Shown here piece by piece: positions 54,719 through 58,936 of a stretch of 58,936 nt of DNA. The notes under the pieces were generated by a model. The model did not search any database. It saw nothing but the letters and a program-made list of their open reading frames with translations, and was not told where the DNA came from. Numbering within the stretch: the first letter of the stretch is position 1; each line of letters begins with the position of its first letter. Position numbers and translations under genes: made by a program. The stretch is from positions 1-58,936 of the forward strand of contig JBCNVB010000004.1 in assembly GCA_039630415.1 (NCBI GenBank), in the 5' to 3' direction. This DNA comes from a bacterium. Its GTDB lineage: Bacteria; DRYD01.

Positions 54719-54762
54719 GGTCTTTTGAATTTCCAAAATGGAAAGCTTTTGGCTAAAGCAAT

Positions 54763-56288
54763 TTACTTAATTTGTTTTACTTGGAATTGTTTTAGAGATT
54801 TAGAAGAAGAGTCAATTACTATTCCAATTGCGAAGATTTTCTCATAATGTAAGTATTTGTTAAAATACTGCCTAGCTAATATTTGTTCAATTGGTTGCCC
54901 TTTATCAACTTTGAACTCAAATATGTAAGCAGTGTTTTGATGTAAAACGGTTAAATCGATATTACCTGTAGAAGAGATATCTTCAGCTATAACGTTAAGT
55001 CCTGTTGCTACTAGAAAAACATAAAATACACTACAGTAAAAAGCTTCATATTGAGAAGTTCTTGTATACCACTGAAAAGGAATTTGTGCAAATAAATTGT
55101 TGAGAAAACCGGGCAGAAGATCTAAATCACTATTATCAAAAATAGCCTCAAGTTGCATGGAAATCTTCTCTTTGGTGGATGTGGAACCTGCAAAAAAGGA
55201 AGATAAAGTATCATTAAGAGAGATTTTGACTTCTAGATTGGGATATGATAGAACATATCTGGTTCGATTGTTTTTTACAAACTGATCTTTAATCGTCAGG
55301 TAACCTGTTTGGAAAAGCAGAGCTTCAGGTTCAATAAATTCAATATCAAAAGATTCTAGTAGTTTATCGGAAGAAAAGGTTTTTTCTAACTGTGGGATAT
55401 AAAACTGTTTTTGTTGGAGGACTTTTATTAGAAAAGAGGGAGTACCAGTTTCAAACCAATAGGGTAAGAATTGACGTTCTTGAAGATAGAGAAGTATATC
55501 AAATGGATTGTAAACGAGCTCTCCATTCCAATAGTAACCATTATACCACTCTTGGATTTTTTGCATTTCCTCCTGAGAGGTTATCAGATGACCAAAAGTG
55601 GATGATAATTCTTGTTGAGTATATCCACAAATAGTTGCGTAGTCTTTCGAAAGTGATATGTCTCTGAGTTGGTTAAGTCCACTAAAGAGAGAGACTTTGG
55701 CAAATTTGGAGATGCCTGTGATAAAGACAAATTTGAGATATTTGTCGAGAGATTTGATAGTTTGGTAAAGTCCTTTGAGAATTTCTCTGATTTCTTTGGC
55801 AATATCTGGAGTTTCAATGTTATCAAGTATAGGTTTGTCATACTCATCTATAAGTAAAACTACTTGTTTATTGAACTTCAGGTAAATTTTTTCAACGAGT
55901 TCTTTAACCGTCTAAAAAAGAGCTCTTCGTGAAGTTCTATGTTATACATACGGGAGTATTGATTGAGATATGAGAATATGTAAGAGAGTAATTCATATGG
56001 TTTTTTGATGATACCTTCGTCAAAAGAAAATCTGATAACGGGGAAGGTTTGACTCCAGTCCCAGTTATGTTCTAAAAATAACCCTTTGAAAAGTTCTCTT
56101 TTCCCTTCAAAAGCGTATTTAATGGTGTCAAGAAATAAAGATTTGCCAAACCTACGAGGGCGAGATAAAAAATAATAACTACCCTGATCTACTAGTTTTT
56201 TAATAAAATGAGTTTTATCAACGTAGTAATAATTATCAGATCTGATTTTTTCAAAAGAGCTAACACCAATCGGAAGCTTTTTATTCAC
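54763..56288 (-). pseudogene. AAA-ATPase-like/PD-(D/E)XK nuclease, copy 1, single -1 frameshift at about 55906
   Basis: KKLPIG, YYYVDKT, RPRRFGKS, IDEYDKP, YWFETGTP, E....G.ID....FEFK. The frame is open from about 55905 to 54763. Confidence 0.88.
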
Positions 56289-56394
56289 ACTAATAGAATA
56301 TGTTATGGGGGTAAAAAATCCTAGCTGGAGGTTTGACGCAAAATTTGTAGAAATATATATCACGAACCCTTGATATGAAAAAAACTACACACGG
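56289..56394 (+). promoter_or_regulatory. Putative CRISPR leader
   Basis: AT-rich ~105 bp directly preceding repeat 1, at the opposite end from the most degenerate repeat. Confidence 0.5.
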
Positions 56395-56553
56395 GTTTAA
56401 ATGTGCCAAAGAGGGATTTAAACTCCGGAATTGATGAGTATATCGATTAGCTGCGAATTCGTTTAAATGTGCCAGAGAGGAATTTAAACCTTAAATTGAT
56501 AAGCTAATCTATTATACATTTTGACTTTAAACGTGTCGAAGAAGAATTTAAAT
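56395..56553 (+). CRISPR. Orphan CRISPR mini-array: three 29-bp repeats, spacers of 37 and 35 bp
   Basis: R1 GTTTAAATGTGCCAAAGAGGGATTTAAAC (56395-56423). R2 (56461-56489) is 27/29 identical to R1. R3 (56525-56553) is 22/29. GTTT...ATTTAAAC ends resemble type I-B/III repeats. Confidence 0.8.
56511..56539 (-). promoter_or_regulatory. Sigma70-like promoter inside the array (TCGACA-N17-TATAAT)
   Basis: -35 at 56539-56534 within repeat 3, perfect -10 at 56516-56511 within spacer 2, 17-bp spacing. Confidence 0.45.
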
Positions 56554-56583
56554 TTCATGTCTATAGGTAGTTTAAATCGTAGA

Positions 56584-58107
56584 TTATTTGATTTTTTGGA
56601 TTCGGAAGTGTTTAACGGATTTGGAAGAGGAATCAACTACTATTCCAATCGCAAATATTTTCTCATAATTTAGGTATTTATTGAAGTACTGTTTAGTTAG
56701 TATCTGTTCAATAGGTTGTCCTTTATCTACTTTGAGTTCAAAAACGTAGGCAATATTTTGATGAACAACAGTTAAATCAATACTTCCAGTAGATGAGATA
56801 TCTTCAGCTGTTACATTAAGCCCAGTAGCAACCATAAAAACATAAAAAACTGTGCAATAAAAAGCTTCATATTGACTTGTATGAATATACCATTGGAAGG
56901 GAATCTGCGTGAAAAGATTGTTAAGAAATTCTGGTAATTTTTCCAACTCTAAGTTATCAAAAATATCCATCAACTGAAGAGTAAATTTTTGTTCAAGAGA
57001 AGTGGAGTTGACTAATAATGATGCTATTCTGGAATTGAAAGATAACTTAACCTCAAAGTTGGGATATGAAAGTACAAAGAAAGTTCGCTGATTTTTTACA
57101 AAAGTATCTTTGATAGTTAGATAACCTGTTTGGAAAAGTAAAGCTTCTGGTTCTATCGATTCTATATCAAAAGCATTAAGTAGCTCTTCAGATGAGACTA
57201 TCCTCTCTAGTTGAGGGATGTAATATTGTTTTTGCTGTAGGATTTTAATAAGGAAAGAAGGAGTACCAGTTTCAAACCAATAGTTTCTGAAATCCTTTTT
57301 CTGAAGATAAAGTAGTACATCAAAAGGATTATAAACATTCTCCCCTAGCCAGCTATAACCGTTATACCATTGTTTTATTGACTCTAGTTGATTATTGTCT
57401 ATCAAGTGACCAAAAGTGTTTATCAATTCATTTTCAGTGTATCCACAGATAGTTGAGTACTCTCTGTCAAGGGAGATATCATTTAGTTGATTAAGTCCAC
57501 TAAAAAGAGAAACTTTAGCAAATTTTGATATACCCGTGATAAATACAAATTTGAGATACTTGTCAAGCGATTTTATAGTTTGATAAAGACCTTTGAGAAT
57601 TTCTCTAATTTCTTTGGCGCTATCTAGATTTTCAATGTTATCTAGTATGGGTTTATCATATTCGTCAACTAATAATATTACCTGTTTATTGAATTTAAGA
57701 TATACCTTTTCTACAAGTTCCTTGAATCGTCTAAAAAAGAGTTCTTCATGAAGTTCTATTTCATACATACGGGAGTATTGATTGAAGTAAGAGAAAATGT
57801 ATGAAAGTAACTCTTGAGGTTTTTTTATGATGCCTTCGTCAAAGGACAATCTAATTACAGGGAAAGTTTGGCTCCAGTTCCAATTGTCCTCCAAAAACAA
57901 CCCTTGGAAAAGTTCTTTTCTACCTTCGAAAGCACATCTGATAGTATCCAAGAATAGGGACTTACCAAATCTTCGTGGTCTGGAAAGAAAATAATACTTC
58001 CCCTGGTCTACCAGTTTTTTGATAAAATGAGTTTTATCTACATAATAGTAATTGCTGGTTCTAATTTCTTCAAAAGAGCTGATACCAATAGGAAGCTTTT
58101 TATTCAC
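56584..58107 (-). CDS. AAA-ATPase-like/PD-(D/E)XK nuclease, copy 2 (intact)
   Basis: 507 aa; RPRRFGKS, VDEYDKP, YWFETGTP, AED...GSIDL...FELK. Confidence 0.92.
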   Translation of the reverse strand: MNKKLPIGISSFEEIRTSNYYYVDKTHFIKKLVDQGKYYFLSRPRRFGKSLFLDTIRCAFEGRKELFQGLFLEDNWNWSQTFPVIRLSFDEGIIKKPQELLSYIFSYFNQYSRMYEIELHEELFFRRFKELVEKVYLKFNKQVILLVDEYDKPILDNIENLDSAKEIREILKGLYQTIKSLDKYLKFVFITGISKFAKVSLFSGLNQLNDISLDREYSTICGYTENELINTFGHLIDNNQLESIKQWYNGYSWLGENVYNPFDVLLYLQKKDFRNYWFETGTPSFLIKILQQKQYYIPQLERIVSSEELLNAFDIESIEPEALLFQTGYLTIKDTFVKNQRTFFVLSYPNFEVKLSFNSRIASLLVNSTSLEQKFTLQLMDIFDNLELEKLPEFLNNLFTQIPFQWYIHTSQYEAFYCTVFYVFMVATGLNVTAEDISSTGSIDLTVVHQNIAYVFELKVDKGQPIEQILTKQYFNKYLNYEKIFAIGIVVDSSSKSVKHFRIQKIK

Positions 58108-58155
58108 AAAGATAAATTAGGTTTACGTTATTTTGATTCCTTCAAAAAAATCATA

Positions 58156-58936
58156 TTACTTAATTTTTTGAATTTGGAAATGCTTTATGGACTTAGAAGA
58201 AGAATCAACCACTATTCCAATTGCAAAAATTTTCTCATAGTGTAGGTATTTGTTAAAATACTGCTTGGTTAAGATTTGCTCAATAGGTTGTCCTTTATCA
58301 ACTTTGAATTCGAAAATATATACGGTATTTTGATAAAGAACTGTTAAATCGATACTTCCGGTAGAAGAAGTATCCTCTGCAATGACATTAAGTCCGGTAG
58401 CTACCAAGAAAACATAAAATACTGTACAGTAAAAAGCTTCATATTGACTTGTATGAGTGTACCATTGAAAAGGAATCTTTGCAAAGAGATTGTTCAAAAA
58501 TTCTGGTAGTTTTTCTAACTCTGAATTATCAAAAATGTTTATCAGCTCAAAAGTAAGCCTTTGTTTAAGTGAAGTGGAGTTAACAAATAATGATGCTATC
58601 CTAGAGTTGAGAGAAAGTTTAACTTCAAAGTTGGGGTAAGAAAGAATAAAAAAAGTTCGTTGATTTTTTGTAAAAGTATCTTTGATAGTTAGATAGCCGG
58701 TTTGAAACATCAGAGCTTCTGGTTCAATAAATTCGATATCAAAAGCACTTAGTAAATCCTCAGAGGATATTATTCTTTCGAGGGTAGGTATATAAAACTG
58801 TTTTTGTTGAAGTACTTTAATTAAGAAAGAAGGGGTACCTGTTTCGAACCAGTAGTTTCTAAAGTCTCTTTTTTGAAGATAGAGTAATACATCAAAGGGA
58901 TTATATACGTTCTCACCAAGCCAATTATACCCATTG
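58156..58936 (-). CDS. AAA-ATPase-like/PD-(D/E)XK nuclease, copy 3 (5' end outside window)
   Basis: Frame open to the window edge; C-terminal half closely paralogous to copies 1 and 2. Confidence 0.88.
   Translation of the reverse strand, partial: NGYNWLGENVYNPFDVLLYLQKRDFRNYWFETGTPSFLIKVLQQKQFYIPTLERIISSEDLLSAFDIEFIEPEALMFQTGYLTIKDTFTKNQRTFFILSYPNFEVKLSLNSRIASLFVNSTSLKQRLTFELINIFDNSELEKLPEFLNNLFAKIPFQWYTHTSQYEAFYCTVFYVFLVATGLNVIAEDTSSTGSIDLTVLYQNTVYIFEFKVDKGQPIEQILTKQYFNKYLHYEKIFAIGIVVDSSSKSIKHFQIQKIK

Noticed and set aside
54719-54762. TTTCCA-AAA-TGGAAA(G) resembling a CRISPR repeat end
   Set aside because: Single copy, unlike the 29-bp repeat; more likely a weak hairpin between convergent genes.
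55584-55847. 87-aa ORF inside AAA copy 1
   Set aside because: Off-frame; the homologous frame is continuous with 54763..55566.
56289-56363. N-terminal extension MIYISTN... of ORF 55878..56363
   Set aside because: The paralogue starts at GTG-NKKLPIG, so the real start is 56288; the extension overlaps the leader-like DNA.
56490-56524. Short (about 10 nt) matches of spacer 2 and the 5' part of spacer 1 within the window
   Set aside because: Too short to be significant.

Overview
AT-rich, gene-dense bacterial chromosome segment from a probable (hyper)thermophile. This is inferred from GC-rich rRNA/tRNA in an AT-rich background, bpsA and an archaeal-type four-subunit 2-oxoacid oxidoreductase. 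Outer-membrane barrel genes suggest a diderm cell; the taxon cannot be fixed from this window. It opens with the 3' end of a 23S rRNA gene. A group IA-like intron interrupts that gene at E. coli position 2449 and carries the tail of an I-SceI-like LAGLIDADG homing endonuclease. The sarcin-ricin loop is atypical (GUGA) and no 5S gene follows. The middle ~46 kb is mostly housekeeping: ackA-xfp, nadK, bpsA, two OFOR clusters, cdsA, lysS, a uvsE pseudogene, flhB-flhA, two PilC-family genes, rplM-rpsI, tRNA-Thr, topA, an orphan sdhA, split feoB, a stand-alone secY and two OM barrels. The last ~12 kb is a defence-like island. It holds a PLD-nuclease/SNF2 helicase, an N6-adenine methyltransferase frameshifted inside its NPPY motif, a decayed Mrr_N gene and three tandem AAA-ATPase/PD-(D/E)XK nuclease paralogues. 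A cas-less CRISPR mini-array (leader, 3 repeats, 2 spacers) is wedged between two of those paralogues. All calls come from motif recognition by eye; no searches were run.
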